Source of the DNA: Azolla caroliniana
Lineage: Eukaryota > Plantae > Polypodiophyta
DNA: 64,000 nucleotides
Direction of reading: 5' to 3'
NCBI GenBank assembly: GCA_043228905.1
Contig: JBHGNT010000024.1
Span: 248,001-312,000, forward strand
Shown here: in pieces, positions 53,501-64,000 of the stretch
Layout: each line of letters opens with the position of its first letter
How positions within the stretch are numbered: the first letter of the stretch is position 1
Notes under the pieces: generated by a model
The model's input: the letters and a program-made list of their open reading frames with translations, nothing else
The model's database searches: none
What the model was told of the DNA's origin: nothing
Program-made: the position numbers and the translations under genes

Positions 53501-55505
53501 GAGAGACATGACGAAAATAGCAAACTTGAGGAGGGCGTTGAGAGGAGCCCTTGAGTAAATTAAAATGTTCATACCTGGCTCGTGTGATATCGGATTTATG
53601 TGTTCAAACATGCAAATCGAAGCTGGCGACGCTACCTATGATATGGAATTAAAAAATCAAGATTTTGAAACTCAAGTCGAGAGACATAACGAAAATAGCA
53701 AACTTGAGGAGGGAGTTGAGAGGAGCCCTTGAGTAAATTAAAATGTTCATACCTGGCTCTTGTGATATCGGATTTTTGTGATCAAACATGCGAATCGAAG
53801 CTAACAACGCTAGCTATGATATGGAATTTAAAAATCAAGATTTTAAAAGTCAAGTCCAGAGACATGACCACAATAGCAAACTTGAGGAGGGAGTTGAGAG
53901 GAGCCCTTCAGTGAATTAAAATGTTCATACCTGGCTCGTGTGATATCGGATTTTTGTGTTCAAACATGCAAATGGAAGATAACAACGCTAGCTATGTTGT
54001 GGAATTAAAAAATCAAGATTTTGAAACTCAAGTCCAGAGACATGACGAAATTACCAATTTTGAGGAGTGAGTTGAGAAGAGCTAGTAGGTAAATTAAAAT
54101 GCTCATTCCTGGCTCGTGTGATATCGGATTTTTGTGTTCAAACATGCGAATCGAAGCTAGCGACGCTACCTATGATATGGAATTAGAAAATCAAGATTTT
54201 GAAACTCAGGTCGAGAGACATGACGAAATTACCAAATTGGAGGAGTGAGTTGAGAAGAGCTAGTAGGTAAATTAAAATGTTCATACCGGGCTCGTGTCAT
54301 ATCGGATTTTTGTGTTCAAACATGCGAATCGAAGCTAGCAACGCTAGCTATGATATGGAATTAAAAAATCAAGATTTTGAAACTCAGGTCGAGAGACATG
54401 ACGAAAATAGCAAACGTGAGGAGGGAGTTGAGAGGAGCCCTTGAGTAAATTAAAATGTTCATACCTGGCTCGTGTGATATCGGATTTTTGTGTTCAAACA
54501 TGCAAATCGAAGCTGGCGACGCTACCTATGATATGGAATTAAAAAATCAAGATTTTGAAACTCAGGTCGAGAGACATAACGAAATTAGCAAACTTGAGGA
54601 TGGAGTTGAGAGGAGCCCATGAGTAAATTAAAATGTTCATACCTGGCTCTTGTGATATCGTATTTTTGTGTTCAAACATGCAAATCGAAGCTAACAACGC
54701 TACCTATGATATGAAATTAAAAAATCAAGATTTTAAAACGCAAGTCCAGAGACATGACGAAATTACCAAATTTGAGGAGTGAGCTGAGAAGAGCCCTTGA
54801 GTAAATTAAAATGTTCATACCTGGCTCGTGTGATATGGTATTTTTGTGTTCAAACATGCGAATCGAAGATAACAACGCTAGCTATGAGATGGAATTAAAA
54901 AATCAAGATTTTAAAACTCAGGTCGAGAGACATGACGAAAATAGAAAACTTGATGAGGGAGTTGAGAGGAGCCCTTGAGTAAATTAAAATGTTCATACCT
55001 GGCTCGTGTGATATCGGATTTTTGTGTTCAAACATGCAAATCGAAGCTAGCAACGCTACCTATGATATGGAATTAAAAAATCAAGAATTTGAAACTCAGG
55101 TCGAGAGACATAACGAAAATAGCAAACTTGAGGAGGGAGTTGAGAGGAGCCCTTGAGTAAATTAAAATGTTCATACCTGGCTCTTCTGATATCGGATTTT
55201 TGTGTTCAAACATGCGAATCGAAGCTAACAACGCTAGCTATGATATGGAATTAAAAAATCAAGATTTTAAAAGTCAAGTCCAGAGACATGACCACAATAG
55301 CAAACCTGAGGAGGGAGTTGAGAGGAGCCCTTGAGTAAATTAAAATGTTCATACCTGGCTCGTGTGATATCGGACTTTTGTGTTCAAACATGCAAATGGA
55401 AGCTAACAACGCTAGCTATGATGTGGAATTAAAAAATCAAGATTTTGAAACTCAAGTCCAGAGACATGACGAAATTACCAAATTTGTGGAGTGAGTTGAG
55501 AGGAG

Positions 55506-55754
55506 CCCTTGAGTAAAGTAAAATGTTCATACCTGGCTCGTGTAATATCGGATTTTTGTGTTCAAACATGCGAATCGAAGCTGGCGACGCTACCTATGAT
55601 ATGGTGCGATATCGGATTTTGGTGTTCAAACATACAACTCAAAGCTAACAACGCTAGCTATGATATAGAATTAAAAATTAAAAAATCAAGATTTTGAAAC
55701 TCAGGTCGAGAGACATGATGAAAATAGCAAACTTGAGGAAGGAGTTGAGAAGAG
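55506..55754 (+). repeat. Extended 249-bp monomer, copy 1 (64-bp extra segment plus 7-bp AATTAAA duplication)
   Basis: After TACCTATGATATG the sequence jumps back to GTGCGATATCGGATTTTGGTG... (55604-55667). It then reads GAATTAAAAATTAAAAAATCAAG instead of GAATTAAAAAATCAAG. Confidence 0.92.
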
Positions 55755-56822
55755 CTAGTAGGTAAATTAAAATGTTCATACCTGGCTCGTGTGATATCGG
55801 ATTTTTGTGTTCAAACATTCAAATCGAAGCTAACAACGCTAGCTATGTTATGGAATTAAAAAATCAAGAATTTGAAACTCAGGTCGAGAGATGTGACGAA
55901 ATTACCAAATTTGAGGAGTGATTTGAGAGGAGCCCTCGAGTAAATTAAAATGTTCATACCTGGCTCGTGTGATATCGGATTTTTGTGTTCAAACATGCAA
56001 ATGGAAGCTAACAACGCTAGCTATGATATGGAATTAAAAAATCAAGATTTTGAAACTCAGGTCGAGAGACATGACGAAAATAGCAAACATGAGGAGGGAG
56101 TTGAGAGGAGCCCTTGAGTTAATTAAAATGTTCATACCTGGCTCGTGTGGTATCGGATTTTTGTGTTCAAACATGCGAATCGAAGCTAACAATGCTAGCT
56201 ATGATATGGAATTAAAAAATCAAGATTTTGAAACACAGGTCGAGAGACATGACGAAAATAGCAAACTTGAGGACGGAGTTGAGAGGAGCCCTTGAGTAAA
56301 TTAAAATGTTCATACCTGGCTCGTGTGATATCGGATTTTTGTGTTCAAACATGCAAATCGAAGCTGGCGACGCTACCTATGATATGGAATTAAAAAATCA
56401 AGAATTTGAAACTCAGGTCGAGAGACATAACGAAAATAGCAAACTTGAGGAGGGAGTTGAGAGGAGCCCTTGAGTAAATTAAAATGTTCATACCTGGCTC
56501 TTGTGATATCGGATTTTTGTGTTCAAACATGCGAATCGAAGCTAACAACGCTAGCTATGATATGGAATTAAAAAATCAAGATTTTAAAAGTCAAGTCCAG
56601 AGACATGACCACAATAGCAAACCTGAGGAGGGAGTTGAGAGGAGCCCTTGAGTAAATTAAAATGTTCATACCTGGCTCGTGTGATATCGGACTTTTGTGT
56701 TCAAACATGCAAATGGAAGCTAACAACGCTAGCTATGATGTGGAATTAAAAAATCAAGATTTTGAAACTCAAGTCCAGAGACATGACGAAATTACCGAAT
56801 TTGTGGAGTGAGTTGAGAGGAG

Positions 56823-57071
56823 CCCTTGAGTAAAGTAAAATGTTCATACCTGGCTCGTGTAATATCGGATTTTTGTGTTCAAACATGCGAATCGAAGCTG
56901 GCGACGCTACCTATGATATGGTGCGATATCGGATTTTGGTGTTCAAACATGCAACTCAAAGCTAACAACGCTAGCTATGATATAGAATTAAAAATTAAAA
57001 AATCAAGATTTTGAAACTCAGGTCGAGAGACATGATGAAAATAGCAAACTTGAGGAAGGAGTTGAGAAGAG
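56823..57071 (+). repeat. Extended 249-bp monomer, copy 2
   Basis: Same junction GATATG|GTGCGATATCGG at 56921, which is 1317 bp (7x178+71) after copy 1, and the same 7-bp duplication. Confidence 0.92.
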
Positions 57072-58169
57072 CTAGTAGGTAAATTAAAATGTTCATACCT
57101 GGCTCGTGTGATATCGGATTTTTGTGTTCAAACATGCAAATCGAAGCTAACAACGCTAGCTATGTTATGGAATTAAAAAATCAAGAATTTGAAACTCAGG
57201 TCGAGAGATGTGACGAAATTACCAAATTTGAGGAGTGATTTGAGAGGAGCCCTCGAGTAAATTAAAATGTTCATACCTGGCTCGTGTGATATCGGATTTT
57301 TGTGTTCAAACATGCAAATGGAAGCTAACAACGCTAGCTATGATATGGAATTAAAAAATCAAGATTTTAAAACTCAGGTCGAGAGACATGACGAAAATAG
57401 CAAACTTGAGGAGGGCGTTGAGAGGAGCCCTTGAGTAAATTAAAATGTTCATACCTGGCTCGTGTGATATCGGATTTTTGTGTTCAAACATGTAAATCGA
57501 AGATGGCAACGCTACCTATGATATGGAATTAAAAAATCAAGATTTTGAAACTCAGGTCGAGAGACATAACGAAAATAGCAAACTTGAGGAGGGAGTTGAG
57601 AGGAGCCCTTGAGTAGATTAAAATGTTCATACCTGGCTCTTGTGATATCGGATTTTTGTGATCAAACATGCGAATCGAAGGTAACAACGCTAGCTATGAT
57701 ATGGAATTTAAAAATCAAGATTTTAAAAGTCAAGTCCAGAGACATGACCACAATAGCAAACTTGAGGAGGGAGTTGAGAGGAGCCCTTGAGTGAATTAAA
57801 ATGTTCATACCTGGCTCGTGTGATATCGGATTTTTGTGTTCAAACATGCAAATGGAAGCTAACAACGCTAGCTATGTTGTGGAATTAAAAAATCAAGATT
57901 TTGAAACTCAAGTCCAGAGAAATGACGAAATTACCAATTTTGAGGTCTGAGTTGAGAAGAGCTAGTAGGTAAATTAAAATGTTCATACCTGGCTCGTGTC
58001 ATATCGGATTTTTGTGTTCAAACATGCGAATCGAAGCTAACAACGCTAGCTATGAGATGGAATTAAGAAATCAAGATTTTGAAACTCAGGTAGAGAGACA
58101 TGACGAAAATAGCAAACTTGAGGAGGGAGTTGAGAGGAGCCCTTGAGTAAATTAAAATGTTCATACCTG

Positions 58170-60661
58170 GCTCGTGTGATATCGGATTTTTGTGTTCAAA
58201 CATGTAAATCGAAGCTGGGGACGCTACCTATGATATGGAATTAAAAAATCAAGATTTTGAAACTCAGGTCGAGAGACATAACGAAATTAGCAAACTTGAG
58301 GAGGGAGTTGAGAGGAGCCCTTGAGTAAATTAAAATGTTCATACCTGGCTCTTGTGATATCGGATTTTTGTGTTCAAACATGCAAATCGAAGCTAACAAC
58401 GCTACCTATGATATGGAATTAAAAAATCAAGATTTTGAAACTCAGGTCGAGAGACATGACGAAAATAGCAAACTTGAGGAGGGAGTTGAGAGGAGCCCTT
58501 GAGTGAATTAAAATGTTCATACCTGGCTCGTGTGATATCGGATTTTTGTGTTCAAACATGCAAATGGAAGCTAACAACGCTAGCTATGTTGTGGAATTAA
58601 AAAATCAAGATTTTGAAACTCAAGTCCACAGAAATGACGAAATTACCAATTTTGAGGAGTGAGTTGAGAAGAGCTAGTAGGTAAATTAAAATGTTCATAC
58701 CTGGCTCGTGTCATATCGGATTTTTGTGTTCAAACATGCGAATCGAAGATAACTACGCTAGCTATGAGATGGAATTAAAAAATCAAGATTTTGAAACTCA
58801 GGTAGAGAGACATGACGAAAATAGCAAACTTGAGGAGGGAGTTGAGAGGAGCCCTTGAGTAAATTAAAATGTTCATACCTGGCTCGTGTGATATCGGATT
58901 TTTGTGTTCAAACATGCAAATCGAAGCTGGGGACGCTACCTATGATATGGAATTAAAAAATCAAGATTTTGAAACTCACGTCGAGAGACATAACGAAATT
59001 AGCAAACTTGAGGAGGGAGTTGAGAGGAGCCCTTGAGTAAATTAAAATGTTCATACCTGGCTCTTGTGATATCGGATTTTTGTGTTCAAACATGCAAATC
59101 GAAGCTAACAACGCTACCTATGATATGAAATTAAAAAATCAAGATTTTAAAACGCAAGTCCAGAGACATGACGAAATTACCAAATTTGAGGAGTGAGCTG
59201 AGAGGAGCCCTTGAGTAAAGTAAAATGTTCATACCTGGCTCGTGTGATATCGGATTTTTGTGTTCAAACATGGAAATCGAAGCTAACAACGCTAGCTATG
59301 AGATGGAATTAAAAAATCAAGATTTTGAAACTCAGGTCGAGAGACATGAGGAAAATAGCAAACTTGAGGAAGGAGTTGAGAAGAGCTAGTAGGTAAATTA
59401 AAATGTTCATATCGGGCTCGTGTGATATCGGATTTTTGTGTTCAAACATGTAAATCGAAGCTGGGGACGCTACCTATGATATGGAATTAAAAAATCAAGA
59501 TTTTGAAACTCAGGTCGAGAGACATAACGAAATTAGCAAACTTGAGGAGGGAGTTGAGAGGAGCCCTTGAGTAAATTAAAATGTTCATACCTGGCTCTTG
59601 TGATATCGGATTTTTGTGTTCAAACATGCAAATCGAAGCTAACAACGCTACCTATGATATGGAATTAAAAAATCAAGATTTTGAAACTCAGGTCGAGAGA
59701 CATGACGAAAATAGCAAACTTGAGGAGGGAGTTGAGAGGAGCCCTTGAGTGAATTAAAATGTTCATACCTGGCTCGTGTGATATCGGATTTTTGTGTTCA
59801 AACATGCAAATGGAAGCTAACAACGCTAGCTATGTTGTGGAATTAAAAAATCAAGATTTTGAAACTCAAGTCCACAGAAATGACGAAATTACCAATTTTG
59901 AGGAGTGAGTTGAGAAGAGCTAGTAGGTAAATTAAAATGTTCATACCTGGCTCGTGTCATATCGGATTTTTGTGTTCAAACATGCGAATCGAAGATAACT
60001 ACGCTAGCTATGAGATGGAATTAAAAAATCAAGATTTTGAAACTCAGGTAGAGAGACATGACGAAAATAGCAAACTTGAGGAGGGAGTTGAGAGGAGCCC
60101 TTGAGTAAATTAAAATGTTCATACCTGGCTCGTGTGATATCGGATTTTTGTGTTCAAACATGCAAATCGAAGCTGGGGACGCTACCTATGATATGGAATT
60201 AAAAAATCAAGATTTTGAAACTCACGTCGAGAGACATAACGAAATTAGCAAACTTGAGGAGGGAGTTGAGAGGAGCCCTTGAGTAAATTAAAATGTTCAT
60301 ACCTGGCTCTTGTGATATCGGATTTTTGTGTTCAAACATGCAAATCGAAGCTAACAACGCTACCTATGATATGAAATTAAAAAATCAAGATTTTAAAACG
60401 CAAGTCCAGAGACATGACGAAATTACCAAATTTGAGGAGTGAGCTGAGAGGAGCCCTTGAGTAAAGTAAAATGTTCATACCTGGCTCGTGTGATATCGGA
60501 TTTTTGTGTTCAAACATGGAAATCGAAGCTAACAACGCTAGCTATGAGATGGAATTAAAAAATCAAGATTTTGAAACTCAGGTCGAGAGACATGAGGAAA
60601 ATAGCAAACTTGAGGAAGGAGTTGAGAAGAGCTAGTAGGTAAATTAAAATGTTCATATCGG
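58170..60661 (+). repeat. Two-copy tandem duplication of a 7-monomer block (1246 bp), different in content from the domain B 7-mer
   Basis: The rare variants CATGTAAATCGAAGCTGGGG (58201/59447), GTCCACAGAAATG, GAAGATAACTACG, CTCACGTCG and CATGAGGAAA each recur 1246 bp apart. Confidence 0.92.
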
Positions 60662-63600
60662 GCTCGTGTGATATCGGATTTTTGTGTTCAAACATGCAAA
60701 TCGAAGCTAACAACGCTAGCTATGATATGGGATTAAAAAATCAGGATTTTGAAACTCGGGTCGAGAGACATGACGAAAATAGCAAACTTGAGGAGGGAGT
60801 TGAGAGGAGCCCTTGAGTAAATTAAAATGTTCATACCTGGCTCGTGTGATATCGGATTTTTGTGTTCAAACATGCGAATCGAAGCTCGCGACGCTACCTA
60901 TGATATGGAATTAAAAAATCAAGATTTTGAAACTCAGGTCGAGAGACATGACGAAAATAGCAAACTTGAGGAGGGAGTTGAGAGGAGCCCTTGAGTAAAT
61001 TAAAATGTTCATACCTGGCTCGTGTAATATCGGATTTTTGTGTTCAAACATGGAAATCGAAGCTAACAACGCTAGCTATGAGATGGAATTAAAAAATCAA
61101 GATTTTGAAACTCAGGTCGAGAGACATGAAGAAAATAGCAAACTTGAGGAAGGAGTTGAGAAGAGCTAGTAGGTAAATTAAAATGTTCATATCGGGCTCG
61201 TGTGATATCGGATTATTGTGTTCAAACATGCAAATCAAAGCTAACAACGCTAGCTATGAGATGGAATTAAAAAATCAAGATTTTGAAACTCAGGTCGAGA
61301 GACATGATGAAAATAGCAAACTTGAGGAGGGAGTTGAAAAGAGCCCTTGAGTAAATTAAAATGTTCATACCTGGCTCGTGTGATATCGGATTTTTGTGTT
61401 CAAACATGCGAATCGAAGCTAACAACGCTACCTATGATATGATATTACAAAATCAAGATTTTGAAACTCAGGTCGAGAGACATGACGAAAATAGCAAACT
61501 TGAGGAGGGAGTTGATAGGAGCCCTTGAGTAAATTAAAATGTTCATACCTGGCTCGTGTGATATCGGATTTTTGTGTTCAAACATGGAAATCGAAGCTAA
61601 CAACGCTAGCTATGAGATGGAATTACAAAATCAAGATTTTGAAACTCAGGTCGAGAGACATGAATAAAATAGCAAACTTGAGGAAGGAGTTGAAAAGAGC
61701 TAATAGGTAAATTAAAATGTTCATATCGGGCTCGTGTGATATCGGATTATTGTGTTCAAACATGCAAATCGAAGCTAACAACGCTAGCTAGGATATGGGA
61801 TTAAAAAATCAGGATTTTGAAACTCAGGTCGAGAGACATGACGAAAATAGCAAACTTGAGGAGGGAGTTGAGAGGAGCCCTTGAGTAAATTAAAATGTTC
61901 ATACCTGGCTCGTGTGATATCGGATTTTTGTGTTCAAACATGCGAATCGAAGCTCGCGACGCTACCTATGATATGGAATTAAAAAATCATGATTTTGAAA
62001 CTCAGGTCGAGAGACATGACGAAAATAGCAAACCTTAGGAGGGAGTTGAGAGGAGCCCTTGAGTAAATTAAAAAGTTCATACCTGGCTCGTGTGGTATAG
62101 GATTTCTGTGTTCAAACATGCGAATCGAAGCTAACAATGCTAGCTATGATATGGAATTAAAAAATCAAGATTTTAAAACTCAAGTCCAGAGACATGACGA
62201 AATTACCTAATTTGAGGAGTGAGTTGAGAAGAGCTAGTAGTTAAATTTAAATGTTCATACCTGGCTCGTGTCATATCGGATTTATGTGTTCAAATATGCG
62301 AATCGAAGCTAACAACGCTAGCTATGATATGGAATTAAAAAATCAAGATTTTGAAACTCAGGTCGAGAGACATGACGAAAATAGCAAACTTGAGGAGGGA
62401 TTTGAGAAGAGCCCTTGAGTAAATTAAAATGTTCATACCTGGCTCGTGTGATATCGAATTTTTGTGTTCAAACATGCGAATCGAAGCTAACAACGCTACC
62501 TATGATATGGAATTCAAAAATCAAGATTTTAAAACTCAGGTCGAGAGACATGACGAAAATAGCAAACTTGAGGAGGGAGTTGAGAGGAGCCCTTGAGTAA
62601 ATTAAAATGTTCATACCTGGCTCGTGTGATATCGGATTTTTGTGTTCAAACATGCAAATGGAAGCTAACAACGCTAGCTATGTTGTGGAATTAAAAAATC
62701 AAGATTTTGAAACTCAAGTCCAGAGACATGACGAAATTACCAATTTTGAGGAGTGAGTTGAGAAGAGCTAGTAGGTAAATTAAAATGCTCAGTCCTGGCT
62801 CGTGTCATATCGGATTTATGTGTTCAAATATGCGAATCGAAGCTAACAACGCTAGCTATGAGATGGAATTAAAAATTCAAGAATTTGAAACTCAGGTCGA
62901 GAGACATGACGAAATTACCAAATTGGAGGAGTGAGTTGAGAAGATCTAGTAGGTAAATTAAAATGTTCATACCTGGCTCGTGTCATATCGGATTTATGTG
63001 TTCAAATATGCGAATCGAAGCTAACAACGCTAGCTATGATATGGAATTAAAAAATCAAGATTTTGAAATTAAGGTCGAGAGACATGACGAAAATAGCAAA
63101 CTTGAGGAGGGAGTTGAGAAGAGCCCTTGAGTAAATTAAAATGTTCATACCTGGCTCGTGTGATATCGGATTTTGTGTTCAAACATGCAAATCGAAGCTG
63201 GCGACGCTACCTATGATATGGAATTAAAAAATCAAGATTTTGAAACTCAGGTCGAGAGACATGACGAAAATACCTAAACTTGAGGAGGGAGTTGAGAGGA
63301 GCCCTTGAGTAAATTAAAATGTTCATACCTGGCTCGTGCGATATCGGATTTTTGTGTTCAAACATGCAAATCGAAGCTAGCAATGCTAGCTAGGATATGG
63401 AATTAAAAAATCAAGATTTTAAAACTCAAGTCCAGAGACATGACGAAATTACCTAATCTGAGGAGTGAGTTGAGAAGAGCTAGTAGGTAAATTTAAATGT
63501 TCATACCTGGCTCGTGTCATATCGGATTTATGTGTTCAAATATGCGAATCGAAGCTAACAACGCTAGCTATGATATGGAATTAAAAAATCAAGATTTTGA

Positions 63601-64000
63601 AACTCAGGTCGAGAGACATGACGAAAATAGCAAACTTGAGGAGGGAGTTGAGAAGAGCCCTTGAGTAAATTAAAATGTTCATACCTGGCTCGTGTGATAT
63701 CGGATTTTTGTGTTCAAACATGCGAATCGAAGCTAACAACGCTACCTATGATATGGAATTAAAAAATCAAGATTTTAAAAGTCAAGTCCAGAGACATGAC
63801 CACAATAGCAAACTTGAGGAGGGAGTTGAGAGGAGCCCTTGAGTGAATTAAAATGTTCATACCTGGCTCGTGTGATATCGGATTTTTGTGTTCAAACATG
63901 CAAATGGAAGCTAACAACGCTAGCTATGTTGTGGAATTAAAAAATCAAGATTTTGAAACTCAAGTCCAGAGACATGACGAAATTACCAATTTTGAGGAGT

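Larger units (their letters stand above)
1..64000 (+). repeat. Tandem satellite array, 178-bp monomer, about 360 copies, all in the same orientation; putative (peri)centromeric satellite of unidentified family. The array runs off both ends of the window.
   Basis: The landmark CCCTTGAGTAAATTAAAATG recurs at 26, 204, 382 and so on (period 178) and, with its variant CTAGTAGGTAAATTAAAATG, continues to the end of the window. I saw no non-satellite sequence or inversion. The repeat call is direct; centromeric function is inferred only from monomer length and HOR organisation. Confidence 0.99.
44520..64000 (+). repeat. Domain D: more divergent monomers with only 2-3-copy local duplications (3-, 6-, 7-, 9-, 12- and 16-monomer steps)
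   Basis: Many singleton or doubleton variants. Marker offsets: 1245 (45420/46665), 2846 (45011/47857), 1602 and 2135 (CCCATGAG at 50879/52481/54616), 1317 (55604/56921), 1246 (58201/59447), 534 (60515/61049/61583). Confidence 0.85.

Noticed and set aside
855-62671. The 61-81 aa ORFs on both strands (MKLRSRD..., MSKLKCS..., MLASI...)
   Set aside because: All are translations of the satellite monomer. They open only where a point variant removes a stop (e.g. TAA to TTA or TCA), and many start at TTG. There is no recognisable domain or gene context. They are useful only as HOR markers.
1-64000. CRISPR array or other repeat-spacer system
   Set aside because: There are no unique spacers. The whole 178-bp unit is repeated with only scattered substitutions, and no cas or other genes are present.
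1-64000. Identity with Arabidopsis CEN178 or primate alpha satellite
   Set aside because: The length matches CEN178, but I recognise no sequence similarity from memory. Alpha satellite is 171 bp, and there is no canonical CENP-B box here. Family assignment needs a database search.
1-64000. Tandem 5S rRNA, tRNA, snRNA or spliced-leader gene array
   Set aside because: No recognisable 5S, tRNA or snRNA sequence, no Pol III A/B/C boxes, and no conserved-gene plus variable-spacer partition within the unit.
1-64000. Embedded transposon, inversion or telomeric repeat
   Set aside because: Reading through the window, every segment matched the monomer in the + orientation. The only length anomalies seen were 1-bp indels, the 21-bp deletion and the two +71-bp monomers.

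Overview
The whole 64-kb window is one uninterrupted, head-to-tail, single-orientation array of about 360 copies of a 178-bp satellite monomer. By-eye consensus: CCCTTGAGTAAATTAAAATGTTCATACCTGGCTCGTGTGATATCGGATTTTTGTGTTCAAACATGCAAATCGAAGCTAACAACGCTAGCTATGATATGGAATTAAAAAATCAAGATTTTGAAACTCAGGTCGAGAGACATGACGAAAATAGCAAACTTGAGGAGGGAGTTGAGAGGAG (about 38% GC, about 60% purine on +). It resembles eukaryotic (peri)centromeric satellite DNA, but I cannot name the family or the species. I found no genes, RNA genes, transposons or CRISPR arrays; all listed ORFs are chance read-throughs of the satellite. The information lies in variant patterns, which define four higher-order-repeat (HOR) domains: (A) a 16-mer HOR of 2847 bp, about 1-9.85 kb; (B) a near-identical 7-mer HOR of 1246 bp, about 10-17.75 kb; (C) a mosaic of nested 5- to 17-monomer and multi-kb duplications with private variants, about 18.2-44.5 kb; (D) a more divergent domain with only local duplications, about 44.5-64 kb. 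Domain D shares rare monomer types with A, B and the B/C junction, which suggests layered expansion. Other observations: a dimorphic 8-bp box, a 21-bp microhomology deletion, a duplicated 249-bp fused monomer, and a recurrent 7-monomer duplication step. All spacings were measured by hand from marker variants, and domain boundaries are approximate (about one monomer).
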